Of a DNA stretch of 64,000 nt, positions 1 to 9,870 are shown in pieces. The notes beneath the pieces are model-generated. The model was not told the DNA's origin, made no database searches, and saw nothing but the letters and a program-made list of their open reading frames with translations. Source of the DNA: a virus. Its lineage: Duplodnaviria; Caudoviricetes. The stretch lies in IMG/VR virus record IMGVR_UViG_3300027255_000165; one strand, written 5' to 3'. Within the stretch, counting starts at the first letter, position 1; every line of letters begins with the position of its first letter. Position numbers and translations under genes: made by a program.

Positions 1-1
1 G

Positions 2-1117
2 AAGTTCTTCGTATAGTCTTTTACCGTGTTCAATTCTATGGAATAGCACAAGTGAGTTGTTTGGAATCTTAGCGATTACTTTACTAATAAAGTTTAATCT
101 TCCAGGTGATTGTATAATGTAGTTTTGTTCAAGCTGAAATACGTCTTTATTTTCGTATCTGTTTGTTGACAATTCCATAAACGCCTTACGTGCTGTTTCT
201 GGTGCGTAATTCATTTCAATTACTTTCACATTACACTTTGCAATATGACCTTCATCTTGTAAAAAAGCGGCCTTAACCTCAGTGATAAGAGGTCCAGTAT
301 GTGACATTAAGGTTAAACGATCTAGTGTGTTATCCTTTGGAATAGTACCTGATAAACCAAACCTATAGGTCGCGTTTTCACACTTCTGTAGAATGGTTTT
401 GATTGAGGCTGATTTGGCCTTGTGCGTTTCATCGACAATCACACAATCAAACTGTTCAAAGAAGTCTTTTCCCTTTTTAACTAGCGATTGATATGTTCCT
501 ATAACAATGTTTCTAGAGTCTTTAATCTTTTGACCAGCATAAACTTGCTGAATCATCATTTGAATTCTATTCTCGTAATTGTATTCTCCAAAGTCCTCAG
601 TTGCTTGAACAACCAGGGATACGTTAGGTACGATAAACAAAATCTTTTTTGCCTTTTGTTTCTCTAGCATATATGCAACTGCCATGAAAGAAATCATTGT
701 CTTACCGGCTGATGTAGCAAGCTCAGATAGAGAGCGTCTGAATTTTAGAATGTTAAATGCGGCTTCTATTTGATAGTCCCTTGGAGTCATTTCTGATCTT
801 TCAAAAAACTCAAGAGACCATTCTTCGAATCCTTCTGATGTTATGTCTCTGTCAAACAGCCGAGTAATGCCATTGATCTTAAGCTCATAGTTGTAGCTCT
901 TACAGATCTTCATCACTTCTTGCCATAAACCGGAAGGAATCCACTTATCGTCTTTTACATACGAGATGTAACCGTCCCAAACACCCCTTTTAACTAGGGG
1001 GTTGAAACGCCAACCCTCGATTCGACGAGTCATCGATATGTTCAACTGCTCAAGTTCAAGATCAGTTGCCTGATCAATTCTTAAGAACTGAGCGTTGTCA
1101 GTTAAAGTTAGCTCCAC
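2..1117 (-). CDS. uvsW: UvsW-like SF2 DNA helicase (3' end runs off the window; GTG start)
   Basis: Manual translation, absent from ORF track: VELTLTDNAQFLRID...WDGYI; TPRDYQ (Q motif), ATSAGKT (Walker A), VIVDETHKA (DExH), FGLSGT; next to UvsY-like gene as in T4. Confidence 0.85.
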   Translation of the reverse strand, partial: MELTLTDNAQFLRIDQATDLELEQLNISMTRRIEGWRFNPLVKRGVWDGYISYVKDDKWIPSGLWQEVMKICKSYNYELKINGITRLFDRDITSEGFEEWSLEFFERSEMTPRDYQIEAAFNILKFRRSLSELATSAGKTMISFMAVAYMLEKQKAKKILFIVPNVSLVVQATEDFGEYNYENRIQMMIQQVYAGQKIKDSRNIVIGTYQSLVKKGKDFFEQFDCVIVDETHKAKSASIKTILQKCENATYRFGLSGTIPKDNTLDRLTLMSHTGPLITEVKAAFLQDEGHIAKCNVKVIEMNYAPETARKAFMELSTNRYENKDVFQLEQNYIIQSPGRLNFISKVIAKIPNNSLVLFHRIEHGKRLYEEL

Positions 1118-1146
1118 TCATTGGTTGAGCATTTTTATTCTCGCAA

Positions 1147-1575
1147 TTACAGACCGTTCAACTGTAATTTATTGCGAACGGCCCAACTCATATTGTCTAG
1201 AGTCTTAACCGATTCACGCATGAAATCCATCTGTGTTTCTAATAGGGATAGAATCATGCTCTCATCTGACATATCGGCTTTTAAGAACGATTCCCTTTGT
1301 TTGTCAGTGAGTTTATAATCATATTCGTAATACTTGATGAAAGACTCTTTATAAGTCTTTGACAGTTTACGTTCCTGTTCCTTGATCTTGATGTTCAGTT
1401 GTGCTATCTGTTCAATGATGATTTGGCGATAAGATGGAATTGTCACCATTGCATCATTTAAGTCATCAACATTCTTAAAGGCCTTTGCAAGCTCTCTAAT
1501 CTTTGAAGTCCATTCTGATCGCTGATTTCCAAGGTACTGATCAACTTGTACTATTTTGTTTTTCTCTACTTGCAT
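1147..1575 (-). CDS. UvsY-like recombination mediator (putative)
   Basis: 142 aa helical protein adjacent to uvsW; C-terminal FMRESVKTLDNMSWAVRN resembles the UvsY C-terminus. Confidence 0.5.
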   Translation of the reverse strand: MQVEKNKIVQVDQYLGNQRSEWTSKIRELAKAFKNVDDLNDAMVTIPSYRQIIIEQIAQLNIKIKEQERKLSKTYKESFIKYYEYDYKLTDKQRESFLKADMSDESMILSLLETQMDFMRESVKTLDNMSWAVRNKLQLNGL

Positions 1576-1584
1576 TGGTTACAT

Positions 1585-1794
1585 TTAAAAAAGTTGACCT
1601 TTGTTGTTTTTCAACGGGGTCCATGGATTTGCAGTTAACTTCTTTTTCATCTTTGGCGTGCTAAATTCTAATCCTACCTCGCTAAATGAAATATCGATTT
1701 GATCGAAATCAATCAACGCTTTCATGTTTTTGCGACCATCGTGGTCTTCGTGAAACTGGTCAAGTTCCTTTTCCATCCAATCAAAACTAATCAT
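1585..1794 (-). CDS. hypothetical protein
   Basis: 69 aa ORF, overlaps primase stop by 4 nt. Confidence 0.55.
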   Translation of the reverse strand: MISFDWMEKELDQFHEDHDGRKNMKALIDFDQIDISFSEVGLEFSTPKMKKKLTANPWTPLKNNKGQLF

Positions 1795-2873
1795 ACGTAC
1801 AAGGCATCTAAACGTGAATCTGTAAAATACTGATTGATTTTGCTTAGAGGTGAGGTGTTCTTAATTTCAAAACACTTCTTAACCAGATCGTTTAAATCCT
1901 TTATACTATCTGAATATATATTCATTTTCGTATCGTCTAGGAATTTAGACCACATGAAAACCTGTTTACCCTTCTTTAGTTTCTCTAACATCTTCTTTTT
2001 ACCCGTTTCGTCATTATCAAACATGTAACGGATTGTTGGAATCTCGTCTAGCTCGGTAGTTGAACGACCAGCCGTTGCAAGAGCAATCGAATTGCTCATA
2101 AACTTTGCGTCAAGAGGTCCTTCAAACACTGTTACTGGACGACCCATATCAGCGTACATTAGACCAAACAGAGTTGATAGTTTATTAACGGCAATGACAT
2201 CATCTCCTTCAACTGGAAATGGACGATTCATTTCTTCATACAATTTTTCAAGATCATACGTCAAATACTTTGATCGTGCATTCTTGCCTAATTGACGACT
2301 TTGACAACTTAAGATTTTGCCGTCAGGTGTCTTGTTTAGAATCCACAATCTTTTGCCCATATCTGAAAAAAGAAAGTCATCGATGTGACGATGTAACAAT
2401 CTTCCTCTTAGATAGAACCATGCAAAATCGCCAGGTTGAATAGATTTGGCCTTAAAGAAGGCCTTGAAATCCTGTACGGGTATTGCAAGTTTTATTGCAT
2501 TATTATAAACCGAATGCTGAAGAGTTTGAATGTCTTTAACGTCAATCTTCTTTTCCCTAATGTATTCGATGATTTGAACTGTTTCATCAGTTGAACCTGC
2601 TCGTAAACCATGATCCTTTAAGAATGTATTCAGATCAGTGTGATGACTACAATTATAACAGTGAAACTGAAGAGTATCCCAAAAAAGATTACCTCTCTTT
2701 TTGGTATGATCCTCTGTGGAATCCCCACAATAAGGACATGCCAGGTTCAAACGACCTGACATTTCCTTAATCATTTGTTTGGGAGAGGCAGAGTGGTTTT
2801 CTACAACCACCTGCTTCACCAAACTTCTGATTTTTTGCTTTAAATCTTCTGATAAATTAGATGTCGAGGTCAT
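1791..2873 (-). CDS. DNA primase, T4 gp61-like
   Basis: Zn-binding CPYCGDS...HCYNC; TOPRIM VFEGPLDA and MFDND; KDLND. Confidence 0.85.
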   Translation of the reverse strand: MTSTSNLSEDLKQKIRSLVKQVVVENHSASPKQMIKEMSGRLNLACPYCGDSTEDHTKKRGNLFWDTLQFHCYNCSHHTDLNTFLKDHGLRAGSTDETVQIIEYIREKKIDVKDIQTLQHSVYNNAIKLAIPVQDFKAFFKAKSIQPGDFAWFYLRGRLLHRHIDDFLFSDMGKRLWILNKTPDGKILSCQSRQLGKNARSKYLTYDLEKLYEEMNRPFPVEGDDVIAVNKLSTLFGLMYADMGRPVTVFEGPLDAKFMSNSIALATAGRSTTELDEIPTIRYMFDNDETGKKKMLEKLKKGKQVFMWSKFLDDTKMNIYSDSIKDLNDLVKKCFEIKNTSPLSKINQYFTDSRLDALYV

Positions 2874-3780
2874 TCAAGAATGATTCCAAGTCATCATCAT
2901 CGCTCACCTTAGCAGTGCTTCCTGCTGGTTCTGAAGATACATTATCCAAGTCGAACGCAGCTTCTACTTCAGGAGTATATGCTTTCTTTGCAACGGGAGC
3001 TGATTTTGAAGTCACAGCTGTCATTGCTTCGCTTGGGTTAACGTATTGACCAAGTACTGAATTTACAAAGTCACGTGTTTGATCGTCCCATACTTTGTAT
3101 TCATATACTTCTAGCTTTGGAGCCTTATCCAATTCAGTCTTGATGGATGCCATCGCTTCCTTGGTACGTTCAGCTGCTTTACCATCTACGATAACTGCAG
3201 ATCGAGAAGAAGAGAACTTAGACTTATCATAGTTGTTGTACTCGCCTTGGCGTGTAATAATCAACTCGAAGTTCTTACCTTCAAACAAGTCAAATACTTG
3301 AGTTGACTCGCCGAATGAAGGCTTCAATTCCTCATCAATCTTTTCTTTGATCTTGTAACCAAATTTGAAGATCATGTATTGACCTTCTAGCTCAGGACGT
3401 TGTGGATCCTTGATGATTTTAATGAGCGAATAGTACTGCTCACGGCGCTTTAGCTTTTCAGACATCTTGCGATCAACGGCTGAGTCTGATTTGCGAAGGC
3501 GAAAGAATGCATCCTGAATTGGACACTTTTCACCGACTGATGCAGGTGAATCGATCAAACGACCAGTGCCAGAGGCGTCAGTCATCCAATGGACATACTT
3601 GCGAACCAGTGATTTACGTGGGTTTTCAGGGTTTGGTACGAAGCGAATAAGTGCTTTGTAAGTACCGTCTTTACCGTCATCTGCGGTAGGTTTGTAGATA
3701 ACCTCTTCTCGTGTGTTTGAGGCTGTCTCGTGTGTGTCTACGTCTGAGACACTCAGATTAAAAATGTCAAAATCTGCCAT
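2857..3780 (-). CDS. single-stranded DNA-binding protein, T4 gp32-like
   Basis: ALIRFVP, CPI, IIKDPQRPELEGQYMIFKFGYKI match the gp32 pattern; acidic C-tail DDDDLESFLNDLDI. Confidence 0.9.
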   Translation of the reverse strand: MADFDIFNLSVSDVDTHETASNTREEVIYKPTADDGKDGTYKALIRFVPNPENPRKSLVRKYVHWMTDASGTGRLIDSPASVGEKCPIQDAFFRLRKSDSAVDRKMSEKLKRREQYYSLIKIIKDPQRPELEGQYMIFKFGYKIKEKIDEELKPSFGESTQVFDLFEGKNFELIITRQGEYNNYDKSKFSSSRSAVIVDGKAAERTKEAMASIKTELDKAPKLEVYEYKVWDDQTRDFVNSVLGQYVNPSEAMTAVTSKSAPVAKKAYTPEVEAAFDLDNVSSEPAGSTAKVSDDDDLESFLNDLDI

Positions 3781-3889
3781 GTTTCCTTTAAAAATTGTTA
3801 AACTTAAATTATCCCGTTAATGTGTCTTTTAGAGAAACTTTAACAATACTTATATCTACAAACCTAAGTTTGTTTCATAAGCATAGAAA

Positions 3890-4075
3890 TTACTTACTCC
3901 CGTTTGTCTCGTGTACCGTACCGTCAGGTGCATGATATCCCGTGTCGCTAATCTTGACATAACCTGTCTTAGCTATGAAGGCTTCTGCTTCATCTTGTGT
4001 GATTAGCTTATAATTGAGCATGCTGTCGACTATGTATAGCAGACGAAAGAACTCTACGGAAGTTAGTGTTTTCAT
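3890..4075 (-). CDS. hypothetical protein
   Basis: 61 aa ORF, GATATATA motif 4 nt upstream. Confidence 0.55.
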   Translation of the reverse strand: MKTLTSVEFFRLLYIVDSMLNYKLITQDEAEAFIAKTGYVKISDTGYHAPDGTVHETNGSK

Positions 4076-4079
4076 ATTC

Positions 4080-4087
4080 TATATATC
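4080..4087 (-). promoter_or_regulatory. putative late promoter GATATATA
   Basis: Motif 4 nt before ATG 4075. Confidence 0.55.
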
Positions 4088-4182
4088 CCGCCCGTAGAGA
4101 TTTGTTTACACCAAACTTATTATCTGATTATATTTAATGGTCTCTGAAACAATCGGGCCCAGGAAGCATAGAAGGATTGGTT

Positions 4183-4818
4183 CTAATCCTGGGTTGAAGG
4201 TTGCAACGACAGTAAATACATTAAGAGGAAGGCAGCGTCAACCAAGTCATCTAAAGGTTTCACTAGTTTTTTCTCATCACGAAAGGGTTGACAAAAAGAA
4301 TGAAATTCAGAGGACTGAAAGGAGTCACTGTCAACAAATGCTTTCCACATCGCTTCTTTGTTCATGTTACCTTTGCCAGCAAACTTCTTGATTGCGGTTG
4401 GAGCAATAACGTCAAGGTCTTCAACGATTAAGGTTTCAATCAATTTACATTTAAGGATTGATGCAGCTGCTTGAAGATCCAGTAGTGAATTGGTACCAAA
4501 TCTAGAAGTACCATAAGAAGCACCCTCAAAATAAATCCTGTAAGGTTTAGATGGATCAGTGTGCTCAATGATCATTGCCATTAGATTTTCGGCAATGTTA
4601 ATATGTCGATTAACTCTAGTGAGTTCGTGTTTAGAAATATCAGGTTCGTCTTGAAAAACAAGACTAACGTCCGATAGCTTGGCCATCTCTTGTTGAGCGG
4701 CTTTATCCTTCTTTGTAGATTTTGTAGAATTTAGGTATGAAATCCAATGAGGTTTCCCATCCTTTAAAACACAAACACCTGGAGAATTAATAGAAAAGTC
4801 GATTCCGACGTAGTTCAT
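4183..4818 (-). CDS. RuvC-like (RNase H fold) nuclease / Holliday junction resolvase
   Basis: N-terminal YVGIDFS, central FEG, AIKKFAGKGNMNK, C-terminal DDLVDA. Confidence 0.75.
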   Translation of the reverse strand: MNYVGIDFSINSPGVCVLKDGKPHWISYLNSTKSTKKDKAAQQEMAKLSDVSLVFQDEPDISKHELTRVNRHINIAENLMAMIIEHTDPSKPYRIYFEGASYGTSRFGTNSLLDLQAAASILKCKLIETLIVEDLDVIAPTAIKKFAGKGNMNKEAMWKAFVDSDSFQSSEFHSFCQPFRDEKKLVKPLDDLVDAAFLLMYLLSLQPSTQD

Positions 4819-5189
4819 TAGAACATGTTTTTACCAAGACTTGCACCTAGAGCGGCGCCGACAAGTCTTGAAGTTAATAGATCGTACATCAAGCCCTTTT
4901 CAATACCAAGCGTCTTAGCCAGAAGTTTACCAACAGATTTACCAAGTGCAAAACCAGTTAGACCTCCTAAAATAGAACCCAGAACACCTTCATTCGTAAG
5001 TTCAACGTTAAACTTATCGATATCGTACGTACCGTCTTCGTTTTTATATTCAGCAAGAAATGCGTCAACAGCTGCGTCAACTCTTTCTTCGAGTTCGTCA
5101 GTCCATTCAGATTGCAATGACTCGTTAAGGGCATTCAATTCTGCCTCTGTAACGTTCTGTGCTTCAAGATATTCGATAAAAGTTCTCAT
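4818..5189 (-). CDS. glycine-zipper protein, putative internal virion protein
   Basis: N-terminal MRTFIEYLEA; C-terminal hydrophobic GVLGSILGGLTGFALG glycine zipper; AATATATA motif upstream. Confidence 0.5.
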   Translation of the reverse strand: MRTFIEYLEAQNVTEAELNALNESLQSEWTDELEERVDAAVDAFLAEYKNEDGTYDIDKFNVELTNEGVLGSILGGLTGFALGKSVGKLLAKTLGIEKGLMYDLLTSRLVGAALGASLGKNMF

Positions 5190-5193
5190 ACTC

Positions 5194-5201
5194 TATATAT
5201 T
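5194..5201 (-). promoter_or_regulatory. putative late promoter AATATATA
   Basis: Motif 4 nt before ATG 5189. Confidence 0.55.
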
Positions 5202-5751
5202 AGTCTAATTCGTTAATCAAATTAAATTTGTTATAATAGAACCCACAATCAAACGTAGTGAATTCAGCAACATTCTGACTCATGTTTAATGATAGCTCAT
5301 TGATACTGTTGTAAATTGGCTTCTCAAAAACGGCGCTCATCACATGAAGACCCTCCGAATCTAGGATCTGAAGTTTCAAATCGTCAGTATAAGATTCTTT
5401 ATTGTCACGGTTATAATAGTACAATAGAGTGTCCGTCATAATCCAATAATTAATGAAACCATCAAGGAGTTGCATAGTTACAGTGAACTGCCTTGTGACT
5501 AGATTTTGAATTGGAATCAAACCACGCTTATAAGTAACGGTACCATCGTTAGGTGATTGTTCAACTGGATCGAAGGTTACACCTGGAATTGATATGCCTT
5601 GAATTGCATAGTTAATGTAATCAATAGGTTCAGTGATCAAGTTACCTGGCATCCTATTCAAATAAGGACGGTACTTATCAGCCACCTCCTTAGGAATGAA
5701 GTTTCTTGGAAACTTAAAGTTGTATAAATTACTACGTGAATTTAAGATCAT
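5200..5751 (-). CDS. tail tube-like / baseplate protein (gp19/gp54 fold, putative)
   Basis: QGISIPGVTF...FTVTMQLLDGFINYWIM...AEFTTFDCGFYY pattern typical of tube-fold proteins; structural context. Confidence 0.5.
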   Translation of the reverse strand: MILNSRSNLYNFKFPRNFIPKEVADKYRPYLNRMPGNLITEPIDYINYAIQGISIPGVTFDPVEQSPNDGTVTYKRGLIPIQNLVTRQFTVTMQLLDGFINYWIMTDTLLYYYNRDNKESYTDDLKLQILDSEGLHVMSAVFEKPIYNSINELSLNMSQNVAEFTTFDCGFYYNKFNLINELD

Positions 5752-7769
5752 ATCACACTGTAAGTTCCGTGGTGAACTAATGTTTTAGTGCTACCATTCA
5801 TAATAGAAATGGTGTATGTTACCGGGGCAGTTGATGCATTCTGCAACGACTTAGCAGTGGTAGCCTGATCTTGAGTTACTTTAAACATTACTTCTCCTTG
5901 GCTCAAATCAACATCATCATAATTCATTTGATTTTCTATAGTTGCTCCAGAAATATCTAGAATAACTTTATCAGCACCTTCAAGCGAGATTGCAATCAAA
6001 CTATCTCCATCCTTCTTAGCAATTTTGAATTTGATGAAGTTATCGTATGGACTAAGCATGAGATTTGATTGACCATCTGCGAAATAAGTTATTTCTGAAG
6101 AGTCAATAACTTCATTATCTATTATAGTGACGTTAGTTGAACCCGTAACGATGTTCATTCTTTCAATAAATGTTGGAACGAATCTAACTTGTGTTTGAGG
6201 AAGAGCGTTTAAATTAGATGAAATCTCTCTACTTTCCAATACGTTTGGTAGAGTATTATAAATCTTGAACAATCTATTTGAGGAAGGTAGGTTAACCTTT
6301 CTTAGTGATTTGCCATACTTTCCAATCTCATAAGATGTGAATGAAGCTCTCTTAACAATTTGAGAATTATTCTTTTCATTATAAATTCTCAAAGTGTAGT
6401 CAATATTATATGCTACAGCATTAGAAGAGTTCTGAATTACTGGTCTAAATGGAATTGACTGATCAAAGTTTTCTGCTTGAACAATTGACATCTCATACGT
6501 CTTATCAAAGAAAGATGCAATCTGCTCATAAACTGAAATGTCATGGAAAACAGTGATGTCATCTCCTTGAGTTTGAATTCTACCATTAATGTAATTATCA
6601 AACTCAACAATTGAACCGTTAATTGCACCGTACATTTCAAAGTAATCTCCATCAGAAGCTGGTTGTAGTACTGCCGTTATATTAGCATACTCATCTTCTC
6701 TAGAAAGAGTTAGAGTTACTTCTTCGCCCGTGTTAATGTAATCGAATCCTGTTGAAGTTTCAAATGAATCGATTAACTTATATGTAATCTCATAGTTAGC
6801 TGTAGGATCTACTGCATCAGCCCCAGTTCCAAAGAACCAATTCGCAAAACCAGGATCCATATTAACTAGTGATGGAATCTTAACCTCAATGAACTTTGAG
6901 TAAAGTGTTTCACCAATAATAAATGGCTTTGGGTTTTGAATCTCAAATGAAGATGAATTCAAATAAACGATTGAAGTAAAATATGATCTAACTCCAGAAA
7001 CTCTAGGCGCTGCAACTTGGAAAAGGAAACCCTGATACCCTCTGGCAGCGAATGAATAACCCGATTTAAGGTGAAGTCTTACTGTATCGTATGTAATTGT
7101 ATTAGATGGAATATCTACTGCATCTGCTTGGTCAATAGTGGTTGAATCATCACCTGTCCAATCAACGTTATTATCAATGTAATTGTTAGTTGAATCTAGT
7201 AAAGCGTATTTTGAACCAGCTGTATCTGCCGAAACTGCTTGGTATCTTTCAACTTGACCAACTCCGGTTTTAATATCATTACCTGTTTCCTCATCGGCCG
7301 TTGCGTACAAAGGATTTGCGGTATTTTGAACAGTGATTTTACCACCGATGAAATCATCGTATGTGTATTGATAGATTCCATTCACAGTTGGCGTGAATGT
7401 TAGAACTGAACCTAAAAGAATGGCTGAACCGCCACCTGAAATAGTGAATAGCGTAGGATCTGCTAATGTTGCTAGGTTAAACTTATACGTCTTACCATTT
7501 TCGAGCGTTAATGGTCTAGCTGCGAAGTTTTCAACTAATACATAAGCACCTGATGTCGTAATATCAAAGTTAACAACATTAGAACCTAACTCGTGAATCA
7601 AATGACGAGTACCTGATATAGAAGTAGTAGTATTTAATGCCTTAACATGAGAACCATTATCATCAATTTCAATCTGATAGTTCGCAATAGTGGCGACAGT
7701 TTGATCGTGATAAATGAACTCTAATAGAACATCCTGATCTAATCTAGCGTATTTTGATGATTGTGCCAT
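5748..7769 (-). CDS. virion structural protein (tail/baseplate region)
   Basis: 673 aa beta-rich (S/T/N/G) ORF in the structural block. Confidence 0.5.
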   Translation of the reverse strand: MAQSSKYARLDQDVLLEFIYHDQTVATIANYQIEIDDNGSHVKALNTTTSISGTRHLIHELGSNVVNFDITTSGAYVLVENFAARPLTLENGKTYKFNLATLADPTLFTISGGGSAILLGSVLTFTPTVNGIYQYTYDDFIGGKITVQNTANPLYATADEETGNDIKTGVGQVERYQAVSADTAGSKYALLDSTNNYIDNNVDWTGDDSTTIDQADAVDIPSNTITYDTVRLHLKSGYSFAARGYQGFLFQVAAPRVSGVRSYFTSIVYLNSSSFEIQNPKPFIIGETLYSKFIEVKIPSLVNMDPGFANWFFGTGADAVDPTANYEITYKLIDSFETSTGFDYINTGEEVTLTLSREDEYANITAVLQPASDGDYFEMYGAINGSIVEFDNYINGRIQTQGDDITVFHDISVYEQIASFFDKTYEMSIVQAENFDQSIPFRPVIQNSSNAVAYNIDYTLRIYNEKNNSQIVKRASFTSYEIGKYGKSLRKVNLPSSNRLFKIYNTLPNVLESREISSNLNALPQTQVRFVPTFIERMNIVTGSTNVTIIDNEVIDSSEITYFADGQSNLMLSPYDNFIKFKIAKKDGDSLIAISLEGADKVILDISGATIENQMNYDDVDLSQGEVMFKVTQDQATTAKSLQNASTAPVTYTISIMNGSTKTLVHHGTYSVI

Positions 7770-7785
7770 TTACTTTTTAATTTCT

Positions 7786-8547
7786 TTAGAACTGTAGCCA
7801 TTTAGGTGACCAGCCCAACATAATACCAACGGTTGGAGTTACTGCAAGTCCAGTGGTACCGTTAGGAACAACTCCTAATCCGATTCCTGCACTTATGTTC
7901 CATCTACTTTTCTTTTGGTATGTATTCAAATCTTTATTTACAAGTTCAATTCCTTGAATATCGAAATTGTCAAATGGATATTTTGTAGCAAGCTTTAGAG
8001 ACTTAACGCCTTTAATATCTTCAACGGCCATCCATAATCTGATGCTTTGGTCAAGTGTGATAGTACCATTGACGGTTGAATCTTGAATCTTTCCAGTTAC
8101 TTTTATATTTCTATAACTTCCATCTCCATAGTCCTGATTATCAGATAAGATAAATGTTGAATCTGGCATTAGAGTTCCGTTAGCTAAAATACTATCTTTA
8201 TCTCTTAATTCAGCTCTCAATAAAGAGTTAACATTCTTAAGATTTCTATTAAGGCTTAAAGATGAAACATAATCCTTGGTTAGCTTTGCATTAGCATTCT
8301 TTAATCCTTCAGCTGAGATTTGATAAGTTTTGATTTCAGCCTCCAAGAATCCTTTTCTATTCTTATAAACTTCAACAGTATCGTTAGCTGCTGCAATGTT
8401 AGCGTTAGACGCGTTTAATTCAACTGTGATTTCATCAATCTTTTGATTAAGCGTAGCGTTGCGGCTGCATTGTCCAAGCAGAAGAAGAACAACAATCACC
8501 AATCCGATGAAAGTTAAATTGTCTCTATTAAAGTCAAACTTAATCAT
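7786..8547 (-). CDS. membrane-anchored coiled-coil protein, spanin candidate
   Basis: N-terminal TM segment ending LLLLGQC, coiled coil, C-terminal amphipathic beta-hairpin ending in F. Confidence 0.4.
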   Translation of the reverse strand: MIKFDFNRDNLTFIGLVIVVLLLLGQCSRNATLNQKIDEITVELNASNANIAAANDTVEVYKNRKGFLEAEIKTYQISAEGLKNANAKLTKDYVSSLSLNRNLKNVNSLLRAELRDKDSILANGTLMPDSTFILSDNQDYGDGSYRNIKVTGKIQDSTVNGTITLDQSIRLWMAVEDIKGVKSLKLATKYPFDNFDIQGIELVNKDLNTYQKKSRWNISAGIGLGVVPNGTTGLAVTPTVGIMLGWSPKWLQF

Positions 8548-8552
8548 CTTAA

Positions 8553-9869
8553 TTATCCTCCTACTGGTCCTCCGCCTAAAGAACCTGTGTAATATTGTAG
8601 GTTTGCGTTTCCAAGATAGATCATGAAACCCACTACTGCAGATCTCGGTGAAATGTCGTTATTTGCTGCCACTGAAGTTCCAGAAGTACTTGTCTGTAAT
8701 TGCCCATCTGATGAAGAAACATAAGGAACATATTTACTAGTTGTACCGGTTGCTACTTGAGCGTATTGATAACCGGATCCATTGGCAACGTTATTAATGC
8801 TGTGATTGTGTTGACCCGTTGTAATAGATTTAGTCTGTAGATTATCAACGTCATTGGTGCCAAAATATCCAGCAACTGATGTATTAGATGCAATACCTGA
8901 TCCAACTGCTGCCGAATTAACGTCAGTTGAAACGCCTGCAAATGAAAGTGGAGATCCAACGTAACCAATTGGATAACGCTCTCTCATATCTGGTGTCTCA
9001 AAAGAGGTTGAACCAGTCACCCATGTTTTACCATAACAATAGTACCAACCTTCCCATGAACCGGTTCCTCTACCTACATAGTCATAATCGCCAACAGCGG
9101 GGTATGTACCAGTCCAGTTAACATTAGAATCTAATACAAATTTAGATACCATTACAATAGTACCAATCGGAACCGCGGTGGTTAAAGTAGCCCATGAAGC
9201 ATTACCTGAAGCGTCAGATTTCAAATATCTGTTAGCCGCAGCACCTGAAGTTATCTTAAGGCTAGAATTTAATACTATTGCAGAATCAAACGTAGACGTT
9301 ACAGCTCCTAAATTAACCTTGTTAACGCCACCTGACTTCAGAATTAGGTTTTCGCCATTAAATGTATAAATGTAGTCACCAGAACCTAGAGGTGATTTGT
9401 TGAAATTCAAAGTGAAATTGCCACCAGATTGACGAGACTCTACATCAACATAATAGGCTGAACCCATGTCTGCTAATCTCAAAGAGCCTGAAAGTCTACT
9501 ATATAGTTTCAAAGGAACTTCATCTCCTAAATCTTCTGGAGAATCACCTGGCACAGTAAGGCTACCCAATATTATTGCAGCAGGAGAACCGTGTAATGCA
9601 TCTGAAACCGGAGATAATGAATAATAATCACTACTGTATTCTTCTCTAACAAAATAATCCGTTGCCGTTCCAGGTTCACCTTTAATACCTTGGGAACCAG
9701 TGTCACCTTTTTCACCTTTAGCACCCTGTGGACCCACGTCACCTTTAGAACCGGTTAAGCCGATTGGGCCACCACCGTTTGCAACGATCTGGTCAAAGTT
9801 GTAATTAATCTTGTCCAGCTGGATGTTAGATGAATCTCCACTGAAAAGTTCTTTAATATTAATAGCCAT
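8553..9869 (-). CDS. tail fibre protein with collagen-like repeats and tail-collar domain
   Basis: About 11 Gly-X-Y triplets (GPIGLTGSKGDVGPQGAKGEKGDTGSQGIKGEPG); collar motifs PIGTIVM, GWYYCYG, TPDMRERYPIG. Confidence 0.75.
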   Translation of the reverse strand: MAINIKELFSGDSSNIQLDKINYNFDQIVANGGGPIGLTGSKGDVGPQGAKGEKGDTGSQGIKGEPGTATDYFVREEYSSDYYSLSPVSDALHGSPAAIILGSLTVPGDSPEDLGDEVPLKLYSRLSGSLRLADMGSAYYVDVESRQSGGNFTLNFNKSPLGSGDYIYTFNGENLILKSGGVNKVNLGAVTSTFDSAIVLNSSLKITSGAAANRYLKSDASGNASWATLTTAVPIGTIVMVSKFVLDSNVNWTGTYPAVGDYDYVGRGTGSWEGWYYCYGKTWVTGSTSFETPDMRERYPIGYVGSPLSFAGVSTDVNSAAVGSGIASNTSVAGYFGTNDVDNLQTKSITTGQHNHSINNVANGSGYQYAQVATGTTSKYVPYVSSSDGQLQTSTSGTSVAANNDISPRSAVVGFMIYLGNANLQYYTGSLGGGPVGG

Positions 9870-9870
9870 T

